Source: the human T2T-CHM13v2.0 reference genome, Homo sapiens. Taken from it: a stretch of DNA of 64,000 bases. Made by a program: the position numbers and the translations under genes. Position 1 is the stretch's first letter. Each line of letters starts with the position of its first letter. The notes beneath the pieces were generated by a model. The model searched no databases. It was not told where the DNA came from and saw nothing but the letters and a program-made list of their open reading frames with translations. Positions 45,997 through 59,105 of the stretch are shown piece by piece. The stretch lies in the NCBI RefSeq assembly GCF_009914755.1, contig NC_060932.1. One strand, given 5' to 3'.

Positions 45997-46112
45997 GCAA
46001 TAACATAAGTTTTAATTAAGGTATGTACTTTTTTTGAGACATAGTGCTATTGAAAACTTAATAGATTGCTGTCTAATGTTAACATCTTTTATATGCACTG
46101 GGAAACAAAAAA
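45997..46112 (+). mobile_element. Tigger1 internal 3' fragment, part 2 (stops before the right TIR)
   Basis: aattaaggtatgtactttttttgagacatagtgctattg...cttttatatgcactgggaaac. Confidence 0.85.
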
Positions 46113-46117
46113 CAAAA

Positions 46118-47713
46118 TAAAATTCATATGGAACCAAAAATGAACCCCAGTAGACAAGGCAATCCTACGTGAAAAGGACAAAACTAGAGGCATCACACTA
46201 CCTGAGTTCAAACTATACTGCAGGGCTACAGTAGTATAGTACTTATAGTAGTATTTCTGTTTTGTTCTTGTACCAAAACAGCATGGTACTGGTACAGAAA
46301 CAGAAACATAGACCAATAAAACAGAATAGAGAACCTAGAAATAAGATGCACATCTACAAATATCTGATCTTCAACAGACTTGAAAACAAAGAAACAATGG
46401 GGAAAGGACTCCTTATTCAGTAAACAGTGCTGGGATAACTGGCTAGCCATATGCAGAAGACTAAAACTGGACCCCTCCCTTACACCATATATAAAAAAAT
46501 TAAATCAAGATGGAATAAAAACTTAATTGTAAAACCCAAAACCGTAAAAATCCTGAGAGACAACTTAGGCAACACCATTCAGGACATAAGCACAGGCAAA
46601 GATTTCGTGATGAAGATACCAAAAGCAATTGCAACAAAAGAAAAAATTGACAAGTGGGATATAATCAAACTAAAGAGCTTCTGCACAGCAAAAGAAACTA
46701 TCAATAGAGCAAACAGACAACCCATAGAATGAGAGAAAATGTTTGCAAACAATGCATCTGACAAAAGTCTAATATCCAGCATCTATAAAGAACTTAAACA
46801 AATTTACCAAAAAAACAAGCAACACTGTTAAAAAGTGAGAAAAGGAAGTGAACAGACATTTTTCAGAGGAAGACATATATGTGTCCAGCAAGCATATGAA
46901 ATAAAAAGCTCAACATCACTCATCATTAGAGAAATGCAAATCAAAACCACAGTGAGGTACCATCTCACAATAGTCAGAATGGCTACTACTAAAAATTAAA
47001 AAAAAGACGCTGGAGAGTTTTGAAGAAAAAAGAACACTTGTACACTGTTGGAAATGTAAATTAGTTCAACCATTGTGGAAGACACCTTGGCAGTTCCTCA
47101 AAGTGTGGCTATTTCCTCAAGTAACACATAAATAGCATTTGAGCCAGCAATCCAATTACTGGGTATATACTCAAAGGAATATAAATTGTTCTATTACAAA
47201 AACACATGCAGGCCTATGTTCATTGCAGCACTATCCCCAATAGCAAAGACATGCATCAACCTAAATGCTCATCAATGATAGACTGAATAAAGAAAATGTG
47301 GTACATGTACACCATGGAATGCTATACAGCCATAAAAAGGAGCGAGATTACATCCTTTGCAAGGACATGAATGGAGCTGGAAGCTGGAGGCCATTATCCT
47401 TAGCAAATGAACAAGAGGACAGAAAACCAAATACCACATATTCTCACTTATAAGTGAGAGCTAAATCAGAACATTTGGACACGTAGAGGGGAACAACACA
47501 CATTGGGGCCTATCAGAGGATGGAGGATTGGAGGAGGGAGAGAATCAGGAAAAATAACTAATGGGTACTAGACTTAATACCTGGGTGACAAAATAATCTG
47601 TACAGCAAACCCCCATGAAACAACTTCACCTATGTAACAAACCTGCACATATACCCCAGAACTTAAAATAAATGTTAAAAAATAAAATCAAAAAATAAAG
47701 TAAAAATTTCAAA
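46118..47713 (+). mobile_element. L1PA13-16-type element, 3' part (continuation of 42476-45004)
   Basis: Resumes at taaaattcatatggaaccaaaa; ORF2 C-terminus, 3'UTR and A tail; possible decayed TSD aagaaccctaaata (42462) / aagaaaccaaata (47714). Confidence 0.93.
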
Positions 47714-48689
47714 AAGAAACCAAATATATGACAAATAATAAAATATATTAATGTAATAGAGATAAAATAATTATCATTTGATTTCTATATTCTTTCTCAT
47801 TGTAATACCATTTTTCTCTTGAATAACATGTCATTTTCTGAAGTGGAGGGATTCTGCAGAATTTCATGGGAAGGTGCATTTACTTTGAGAGTGAGATCAT
47901 GACCTTTTTGGGGGGAGAAAAAATATCGAACTATATTAATGGAGAATAGTAGTTCCCACTTTCTGTAATGATGCCATGTTAAATTACATAATCTGAAGTT
48001 AAAGAAACTACATTCAACTCCACTGACATTTACTTTTAAAATGAGATGAGAATCACTTTTATTTTCATTTTGTGTCGTCTTCTTATTTCAAAAATCAGCC
48101 ATTATGTACGTAACTATTTGTTAAGAGGTTGTCTGATATAGTATATGATTATATTGTCACCAATATCCTTTTGACAATTATTTTTCCCACAAACACATTT
48201 TATAACAGAAGTCTAATTTATGCAGCTTTGCAAAAAGGTAATAGCATATTATTAAAAGAAAACACACAGCCTACATCTTTCCTTTAAACAATCTTACAAA
48301 AGATACTTCACCTAAATTATAGTTCATTTTCTTAAAACAAAGAATTGTTTCAACAAATCATACTTCAGATAGAATGTCTATAAAAATTATAATTATATTT
48401 CAAAATACAATGTTTTAATTTCAAGCCCTTACTGCGCTTGGGCTCATTACTATAAATAACGAGATTTTTACAGTTGTTTTTCTTACTGTTGGAGTACTCC
48501 ATTAAAAAGGAAACAATCGAATGAATGTTTCAAGTACTATATTTTGAGACTAATTATTTATATATACATTGAAGCTGCATTTTGAAGATATGCTTAGAAT
48601 AATAGCAGGACAGAACTTTCTATTGAATCACTGAGGATTTAGAAGAATCAAATAATTTTTCAAAGCAAAATTTTTAATGGTCTGCAAAA

Positions 48690-48965
48690 TATTCATTTGC
48701 ACAATATTTATTAGCACTTTAGTATCATGTATGAGACACTGTGGTAGGTAATGGGACCATAGATATGTATAAAGCATGGTAACTTTCCTCCAAGCACACA
48801 CAGTTTAGTAAGTAAAGAAGATTACCATATATTTGCATACAGATAACAGTAAGAAACGTCAAAAGAAATGTGTAAAAAAACAATGGATGGGGATGAGGTT
48901 ACTTTCTGAAGGTGAGAATGTTTCACTGGCAGGATGCCAAAGGATAAATGGAATTTGGTAATTTG
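48690..48965 (-). mobile_element. L2 3' end (probably continues about 49625-49920)
   Basis: attcatttgcacaatatttattagcact...gacactgtggtaggtaatgggaccatag. Confidence 0.6.
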
Positions 48966-48970
48966 TTCAG

Positions 48971-49621
<651 letters not shown>

Positions 49622-50131
49622 GTCAGAGATTGGTATGTGGGAATAGGAAAAAGAAATAATTCAAGATGGTTTACAAAAAAGACAAAGAAACATGCTTTAA
49701 ATGGAATAATTGATCAATTTAGAAAAATAATACAATGTATGAATATTTGGAAGGTCAGCTAGAACGAGAACAGAAAAGACTTTGAATGTAAGACCAAAAA
49801 TTTTGGAAGCTCTCTGGTAGGTAATAAGTAAGTATGGAAATTTACATAGCAGAGAGATCACATGATTGAATTTTTAAGAAAATTATTAGATGTGAAGAGG
49901 AAATATAAATGAGAAGAAAAATAACGGGAGACTAAATATTCTAGCCTGGTATTTTAGACATGTGACTTAATTACAAAAATAAATAACTTAAAAGAATGCA
50001 CCAGAAAATAATACTATAGGATAAACAGACAAAAGTTAGAACAAGATGCAAACAAATATAGAAACATGAGAACATGATACATATGGCTGTGGCTATCAAA
50101 TTTGATAGTGCATATATTAAATATATCCATC

Positions 50132-50592
<461 letters not shown>

Positions 50593-50609
50593 ATATATAT
50601 ATATATAAA

Positions 50610-50641
<32 letters not shown>

Positions 50642-50663
50642 TATATATATATATATATACAAA

Positions 50664-50706
<43 letters not shown>

Positions 50707-50765
50707 AGCACACACACATATACATACACATATACATTACATATACACCACACACACACACACAC
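50593..50765. repeat. Alu-tail-derived (TA)n/(CA)n compound microsatellite
   Basis: Read directly. Confidence 0.95.
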
Positions 50766-53700
50766 ATATCCATTACAGAAAGTTTAATTGAACAACATTA
50801 TTATAGGTCATGTTCACTGTGCCAGTGCTCAATTTAAGGATGTGAGTTAGAAAACCTCACATTATCACCTTCATCACTTTTTCTTGGGACTTACCTGTGT
50901 TCTTCTGTAGTGGATCATAATACCTGCTATAACAGGTAAACACAAAACAGTAGCAAAACACAAGTCCTGACTCCATGATGGCTTCCAACTACCTAGTGCT
51001 TTGAAAAGAGTTTAGTGCTTTCTTCAAGGTTCTTATCAGCATAACCACCAGAACCGACAAAAGCATGTTCTCCATGGGGGAGTTGTCTGTACCTGGAGGT
51101 GGATTTTGTTTGAAAATGAATATATGACAAATCCATTCACACACTGCCCAGAACTAGTAGAAATAAGTTGCAATTAAAGGTATGTCTTAAAATGTAATTG
51201 TTTTTTCAACAAGATTTTCAAGCTCTGATTTGGTAAAACAAAACAAAATAGCAGGATTTGTAGAATTATTTGAATGCACAAGATATGTATAGGTTTTTAT
51301 TAACTATGCCCAGTTAAATTCATTTTATTTGTATATTATATTTTATTTATAAATATTTGGAGTGAACAACTATAAAAACATAAAAATGTGGATTCAGTAA
51401 TGGTACTAGGAGTTTCATTTAGGGTATACTAGAATGACGTCTCCATGAGTAACAACCCCTTCCTAGTCATCCAAGTAATTTGCTTTTCCAAGTCTTTGGC
51501 TAGTGTAGACAGAGTCCAATATGGAAAAGAAAATCCCTGTAGTCTTTCAAGATGACCATTTTAAATTGATACTAATTTTACTAAATCTAATAACTGGAGA
51601 AGAAATTTTAAAAGCATTAGTTAAAACCATTTTGGTGAGCAGCCACTATATCTACAATGAAACTGAGATAGTGTGCACTAAAATTAAGAAGATCTGATAT
51701 ATGTATTACAAAAAGTCCGCTTTCTCCAGATATACTTAATTTCCTGCAGATATTTTAATCTTTTTCCAATAATGAAAATTAGGGTTTGACATTACTTAAC
51801 TAACTTATATTTAATTCCCTTCAAATAAAATATTTGGGGGCTAATAATGCAGAAAGTTTGTTCAAAATCCCAAGTCCCTTAGCTATCTGTCTTGGTTTAT
51901 TTTTAGATGTTCCTAAAAGAACGTGATGTAAGAGGTGAGAAAGACATAAAGAGGAGTTGTTCCTCCTGAAATGGGATGTAAGAAATTAATAGCAGGTGCT
52001 CTGGCACATGAACAAATGGCCCCTGAAGGCCCAGTGTGAAGCAGCCTTTTAACAAAAGGACTCACTTGCCTGTTATTGAATTCCGCCCAGGGAGTTAACA
52101 AATTTTCACTCCATGGGTTTTCTCTTGTTCATGTTGCTGTTATTTTCTCATATATTTTTAATTTATTTTCTTATGATAAAATGGAGAGGACTGAGGGTCG
52201 CCTTGCTCAGTAGTCATTCTCGTATTGAAGAGAAAAGCTTTCTGCAGTCCTAAATATCAAATGCTCTCTTGCCATGATGCTGTTTATTACTAAATAAAAG
52301 TTTGTACATTATCTTTCTAGCACAACATGGAGAGCCACTACTTATCTTATTCATATTCTATGACCATACAAAGTACATCTTTTTTAAACTAAGATATTGA
52401 AGTGTATGTTAACATTCTCAAGACTTTTTGTAAGCCATCAGCTTCATAACCCTATTTATATCTTGAAAGTATATTTACCAGATGTTATTTATAAACTTAT
52501 CTGTTATTAAACTTTATGAGAAATTATAAAGTAGGAGAAATAACATGTTGAAATACATTATTATCATTCATGTGAAATGTTTGGGGTACATACATTGAAG
52601 TTTTGTCAGTGGAGAAATTAATTATATCAATGACTCAACTGCTGCTGCTAGTGATGCTGCCGGCATACTGGAGGAAAATAAACATAACATTTGGAAATTA
52701 TTATTATTATTAAGGTGTTAAAATTAGTAAAGGTCAAAATGCACTTTATGTGCTATTAATTGAAATGCCAATAATTACCATGAGTTCTGGATTTTCTTTA
52801 CAAATAAGCAAGAGCAACACCTGACACAACATTTTTTCTAAAAATCCAAGGTCATACCTCAAGCACAATGGCCAGTCCAAAGAGACTCAATATCAAGATT
52901 TTGCCAAGAGCTTAAGTGTTGACAAATCAACCTGATTTCTGTGACTAAGCTAGTTAGTTATTAGCATTTTGATTTTAGGAACTCTGGCACATTCAAAAAC
53001 ATCATAATAGAGAAAGTGAGAGAGTGTGGTTTACTGATTCTATATCATAGATGGGAATTTTTGTCTTATTTTAACCATTTTAGTGTTTGTTCATTTTGTT
53101 ATGTTTTCTCTATATAAATAAAATTTATAAAAAATAAGAAAGTGACTTTCAGCAATTGAAGATAATTAATTTGAAGAATTGTTTTCACAATATTATTTTG
53201 ATAAAATATGAGCAATTGTTCATTTTAAATTACATGTCCATTTGGCATAGAGGCTTCAAGGTGGAGAGTTTTATTCTAATAGGAAATAATAAAGCTATCA
53301 AGACCACTTTCTACAAACAGTGAACTTTACAATTTACCTCTTTATTTGATATTTTTGTCTGTGTGTTTTGTATGTTAGAAAATATATAAAATAATGAGTC
53401 TTCTTGAATAGTGCTATTCAAAACCAGCCCCAAAGCAGATTTGTTCTGCACATTTTTTTAAAATTTATAACAATATTAGCACAAAACTTAAAATTAAATA
53501 TTTAGAAATGATCATAGAAATTTGACAGACTAATTATGTCTGTTGAAGCTACAAAAATAAACTTGTATTTTATATGTGTTATTATTTTTTAGCAATTTAT
53601 TTTGTGTATTTTACAAAAGTATTAGTCCATGATGGATTGATGAGTCTTTTATCATAAACATTTTAAGAAACACTCTTCTGGGAGATCTTTGACATTTGAG

Positions 53701-54174
53701 CCAATATAGGTAAGATAAATCTCCATTTATTTCCCTCTGCTTGCTCTTTTATAAGGAAATACTTTAATATACAAGTTCTTAGAAAGGTGACATGAGGCAC
53801 GTGTTCTCTACCTTCACGCAGGTTATAATCAAAGCAAGATCAAGAAGCCCGGGTCCACATGACCATGAGTAGCTTCCAGATTCTGTGGATCACTCAGGCA
53901 ACAGCAACACAAACTGAATTTCCTTATTGCTGATAGCTGCCTGTAGAGGGGTGGTCAAAGAGACTCTACCTGGAAAACTCTTACAGAAAAACATTATTGA
54001 ATACCCTCTTAGTTTCAGAGTTTCCAGTCTCATTTCTCCTTAAATCTATTCACCAAAACACCACCAGTTTCCCCTACCACAAACACACACATAAGTACAC
54101 ACTCACCTATTTTCACCTTCTCTTCCACTTCCACCTTTGTGTTGAACCTGATTAAACTCTGATACTTTTAACTC

Positions 54175-54521
54175 CAAAATATGCTATGCTCTTATTAACA
54201 ACTGGATCTTAGTAGTTTGCAAATGTTTATTTCTCGTTTATATGCAGTTCATTGTGAGCAGGTGGATGTTCTGCTCCATACCCACTGCAGTCCGAGATCT
54301 AGACAGAAAAGTAGCTTTTCTCTAGAATATTGTGGGTTCCATACCAGACAGGAAAAATGAAATTACACAGTGGCTTATATAATTTTTGCTTGTCACTTTC
54401 ACCCACATTTCATTGCAAAAGCAAGTCACATAGCCAAGGTTATTGGGTTTAGGAGGGGTCTCTGAAAATGGCCAGTAGGGGAGACAAGGGATATTTGTGA
54501 ACAATATTGCAATCTATCCTA
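54175..54521 (-). mobile_element. Old MLT1 (I/J-like) LTR
   Basis: tgtcactttcacccacatttcattgcaaaagcaagtcacatagccaag...atatttgtgaacaata. Confidence 0.7.
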
Positions 54522-54579
54522 TATGTCATTCTTTAAGGTTTAACACAGTAACACTGCCTGCTTGGCTCTATCATATCCT

Positions 54580-54785
54580 ATGACTCTGTAATGGAAACAT
54601 CTGTGTCAGGTTTTTTCGTACTAGTCAAAAGATGATTATAAATTTGTAGTGTCTATTCCAATAACTGGCATATATTTGGCATTCAAAATATTTGTGCATA
54701 GAAAAACAGAGGAAGGAAGGAAGGAGGGAGGGAGGGAAAGGAAAGGAGGTAAAAAGGAAAGAAGGGAGGGAGGGAACAGGAAGAG
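54580..54785 (+). mobile_element. L2 3' end with purine-rich (GGAA/GGGA) tail
   Basis: ctggcatatatttggcattcaaaatatttgtg followed by ggaaggaaggaaggagggaggg. Confidence 0.5.
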
Positions 54786-55544
54786 ATGTAATGTACTTTT
54801 AATGTAGCATTGAATCCACTTAAGGAAAAAGTCAATTTTGTGCAGTCAATAGTTTACTTACCGATTATTCAAGGGTCAGACATATAATTATCTGAAAATA
54901 TGTATTTTGCTTAAACAGAAGAGAATTGTGTTTTATTATGTAGTTTGCAAGAGGCTCTACTCTCTTTGAGGACTAACAGAGTCTTTTTCTTTTCTTTCTC
55001 TTCCCCTCCTCCCCTTTTTTGATGTTAAATAGTAAACATACTATTTAAAAGTGTTGAGTTTGGAATCAAATGCCTCTGATTTTACAACAAATTATGTCTG
55101 TGAATGCCTTTATCAGCTCTTTGAATCTTTCCAACCCCCCCAGATTATCAGCATTCTTCTGCCATATTGACTGCTCCATGTAACTTGGACCTGGTTGGTA
55201 TCAGTTTTATAATTAATTGATCCCTTATCACATTATCAAAAACAGCCTTTCCAGTATTTCTCCACTACATGTAGCCCTCGATCGCTCTTTAACATTAATA
55301 CAATTGGCAGATAATTCTGCATCCTAAGTACTGTAGTGATTCCACTGGGTTTCCTCAGGTTTTTTTTTTTTTCACTCTTCTCTACACTAGAAACTGCCTA
55401 TTGTGCCAAAGACACATTCCTTTGCTTTGAAAAGATAACTCCTTCACCTGATCAATAGAATCAACAATTTTCCCCCTCAACTTCCCAGTTCAACTAATTA
55501 TTCTATTTTCCATCTTTAATTTTCTAGTGTCTGTTCTCTGATCT

Positions 55545-55593
55545 ACAGACAGACAGACAGACAGACACACGCACACACACACACACACACACA
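55545..55593. repeat. (CAGA)n(CA)n microsatellite
   Basis: Read directly. Confidence 0.9.
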
Positions 55594-56268
55594 TTTCTCC
55601 ACTTAAATAACAAGCAAACCATGCATTCTCAAACTTTGCATCTTTTACCACTAAACCTCTCTCTTACCCTCTATATTGTGAAAGCAAACTATATGTGCAC
55701 CTTCTCCATATCTGAAATACCCACTATGTACTTGGTTCTCTCACCAACTAGGTAAGTTTTTTTTTCTAGTTGTCAAAGATAGTAAACAAATAATGAAATT
55801 TAACAATAATTAAATGGCTTTACTGCAATCTCTGACCTTTTTTAACTCTAGAGGAGGACATTGATTTTCTTATCCTCCATATGTAAAATTTCATACAGTG
55901 TAAATAATTTAAAAATTATTATCTTTTAAAACCTTGGATAATCTTTTAAAAATTGTTTTCAAGAATTAATAAAATAATTTAATGTCTCATTTATGTTTCA
56001 GTAGAGCCTCTATATCAACAGCTTTTCTTGTCCAACAAGAATATATAATAGTAATACTATAATCTCAATACATGCCTATGGAGCAATTATAATTTAAACA
56101 TTATTCATCATTTTGGTATTCTAATTTATTAAACATAATGAGTTTTTCCTATCTTTATTTTTTATGTATCAATAATGGGAAATATAAGCAAAAACATCAA
56201 TAAACAAATGAATAAAATGTACGTATATTTAAGTATTTCCCATATCAGATTTTATTATTTTATTAGAC

Positions 56269-56325
56269 TTGGGTAATAACATAGTAATAACATAGAATTT
56301 GGTAATAACATAGTAATAACATAGT
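56269..56325. repeat. Nested tandem repeat of gtaataacata (4 copies as 2x2)
   Basis: ggtaataacatagtaataacatag aattt ggtaataacatagtaataacatag. Confidence 0.88.
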
Positions 56326-56530
56326 CCTTAATAGGTTGCAAAATTTTAAGTCATTTGCTTTGCTTGTGATTTTCTAAATTTCTTGTTTTTCTATGTTTAC
56401 ACTACTTACATGGAAAGCATGCTGCATGTGTACACAGACAAAGGGAGAGGCACATTGACAGAGATTATGGATAGATGGATAAATTGGATTTATGAATGAG
56501 TGAATAAAGGATAAACATATGTGAGTATAT

Positions 56531-56570
56531 ATATACATATACATATACATATGTATATGTATATGTATAT
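56531..56570. repeat. Perfect 40-bp AT-rich palindrome (ATATAC)n/(GTATAT)n
   Basis: atatacatatacatatacat|atgtatatgtatatgtatat; the arms are exact reverse complements with no spacer. Confidence 0.95.
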
Positions 56571-56639
56571 GTATATATATACACACACTTGTTGATGCAT
56601 ATCCATATCCCAAAACATTGTGTTTACAACAGTACCTTG

Positions 56640-57236
56640 AATTTACTTTGGAGAAACAAGCCACACACTCTCTCTTTCAGACAGCTATTTGGATTTTGAT
56701 CCTCTGAAGCACCAAAGGAAGGCCCCGATTGTGTTAAGCTAATCATTGTAATTCTGTTATTGCTGTTGCTCTTGGTGTTTGTCAAGGTGATTTTTCCAAG
56801 GTAAGCAATGATCTAAAAGTCAGCCAGATTAACAGATGATATTCTCCTATCCCCCAGTGATAGGTTCTGGGAAGCCATGGAAATCCAGTTTGAGAGATTC
56901 TCACCATTTCTCTTAGATAATTTCAGGCTTAATGCAATGCTCTTTTCCTAGAAGTTATAAAAAAAAAAGTAGATCAAGAAACTGCAGACAGCCATTTAGC
57001 CACCAAGAGAACTGACAGGCTAAGGTGGAAACAACACAACAAGGAAGATACTGTTAAAGAATCAGAAACAAATGCATATGTGCCTTGAGGGCATTGTGAA
57101 TCTCTGGATCTAGCAAAGTACCCATTAGCTGTAAAATTTTCAGCTTGTGAGCCAATAAAGTCCTTTTATTATTTAATTGATTTTAATTTCAATCTTATGT
57201 TACTTTCTCTGAAGAAAGTAGAATTCTAAGTGATAT
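56640..57236 (+). mobile_element. Old MLT1 (J/K/L-like) LTR
   Basis: aattttcagcttgtgagccaataaagtccttttatt...aattctaagtgata terminus; 5' boundary uncertain. Confidence 0.55.
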
Positions 57237-57803
57237 AGATAAATGCATAGGTAGGTAGGTAGATATATGATGTGTAGATACATAGAAAGGGAGATACATA
57301 GATTCATAGAAATAAGAATATAGCACAAACATCATGACATCAATAAAGAAGATGATTCATTTGTACTTATCATAAAAATTGGTATCTTATTGAAATTAAT
57401 ATTTATCTATGTGATCTACAAAAATTTTATTCATTTTACTGGTTGCTAGAACAGTTTAGTTTTCTAAATGATGGAAACAACCAAGCTTTAATATATGACC
57501 ATCTTCATCATCAAATCAGTTCATGTGGATGACAGTTGATGATCAACCTTCCAATGTAATATCCAAGGAAATACAATGACCATATGTTAGTTGATCTAAT
57601 ACTAACTAGATCCTACAAATATGCATTCAAGTATCATACAAATGATTGCATTTACCAGAAATTTTAATATATATAAGGTAAAATGATTTTTAATAAACTT
57701 TATAACCTCTAAAGAACAGCAAAAATAATCTTCAGTTCTTAGAGTATGAGCTAACAGAAGTCTCTTAGTTTAGTGTGAAGCTAGCAAACTTTCATTTGAT
57801 TTC

Positions 57804-57851
57804 TTATAATCTTATAATTATATAAGATTATAATTTTTTATAATCTTATAA
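57804..57851. repeat. Direct-inverted-direct triplication of ttataatcttata
   Basis: Copies at 57804-57816 (+), 57821-57833 (-) and 57838-57850 (+), separated by 4-nt spacers. Confidence 0.9.
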
Positions 57852-58399
57852 ACAGCCCATGGCTAAGTGAAAGTAAGGACCATAATGACTTATTCACACT
57901 GCATTATCATCACCTAGAGTAATTTGCCTAGAACATCCACCAGAGATTCAACACTTGGTGAAATGATGAAACTTTATGATATTAATAAATTTAGTTATCT
58001 AAGCCTACCTGGAGAAAATGTTGTCTGTTAGTCAAATAATATCAAACAATTTTCTCTTCAGGTTGGTTGAATTAAAACACACACTTAACGAATTCCTTAT
58101 AGCACAGAAGAAATATTGTGACTGAGTCTTAGCAAGGCCAACCCCTGGATATGACCTGTCTTCTAACACCTATTTGTTTGGTTTCCAAAACAAAGTTGTG
58201 TCTTACAGCAATCCTTAAGGGGAGGAAAGAACTGAGTTGGGCCTGATTCCTGAACTCTAAATCACAGCAAAGCAGAAATTTTGTTTGAGGGGCACATGTG
58301 AAAGAAGTCTTTCCTGACAATTCCTCTGAGCTTACAGTTCTGAACCATGGTGCTATTTTATTTAAGACTTCTCACTAGGCAGTCTGTTTCATTATAAAA

Positions 58400-59105
58400 T
58401 GTGAGAGAAAAATAGAATCTCAGAACCCCAGATTCACTATGCCAGAGGAAAGTTAAGCCTGGGAACTGAGTCACACAAAAAAATGGCCTTCCTTTTGTTC
58501 CCAAACAGATAGCCATAACTTCACATGCTTACTTTATGTTATATAAAATGTAGAGTTACAGAACATGAAACAAATGCATAATTGACCTTTTCCTCTATAC
58601 CCTTCTTTTCACATGTAAAATGTAGAGCCTTACAAGAGTGTAACCATTTGCCTCATTGCCTACCCACCCACCCTCCTCCTATTTTTTTTTCTTCCCCTCC
58701 TGCTTACACTTTTCCCTTTAAATATTGAAGTTCCCAAAACCATCTTTGGAAAAAGCACAGGTCACAGATCCTATTGTGACTTGTGTTTATTTTTCCTGGG
58801 CGTGTAGTCAACCTTGGTAAAATAGACCTCTGATTCAGGGGTGTCCAATCTGTTGGCTTCCCGGGGCCACACTGGAAGAAGAAGAATTGTCTTGGGCCAC
58901 ACATAAGATACACTACCACTAACGCTAGCTGATGAGAAAAAAAAAAAAAAAAACGCAAAAAAAAAATCTCATAATATTTTAAGAAAGATTACGAATTTAT
59001 GTTGGGCCACATTCATAGCCATCTTGAGACACACGTGACCCCTGGGCTACGGGTTGGGCCAGCTTTAATCAATTGAGACCTGCTTCAGTCACTTTTTGGT
59101 TTACA
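58400..59105 (+). mobile_element. ERV1 MER4-group solo LTR (MER83/MER84-like), split by MER30
   Basis: tg...ca termini, aaaa 4-bp flanks, TATA-like ccctttaaatattgaag, end aattgagacctgcttcagtcactttttggtttaca. Confidence 0.75.
58836..59066 (+). mobile_element. MER30 hAT-Charlie MITE
   Basis: caggggtgtccaatctgttggcttcccggggccacactggaagaagaagaattgtcttgggccacac...gggttgggccagctt. Confidence 0.92.
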
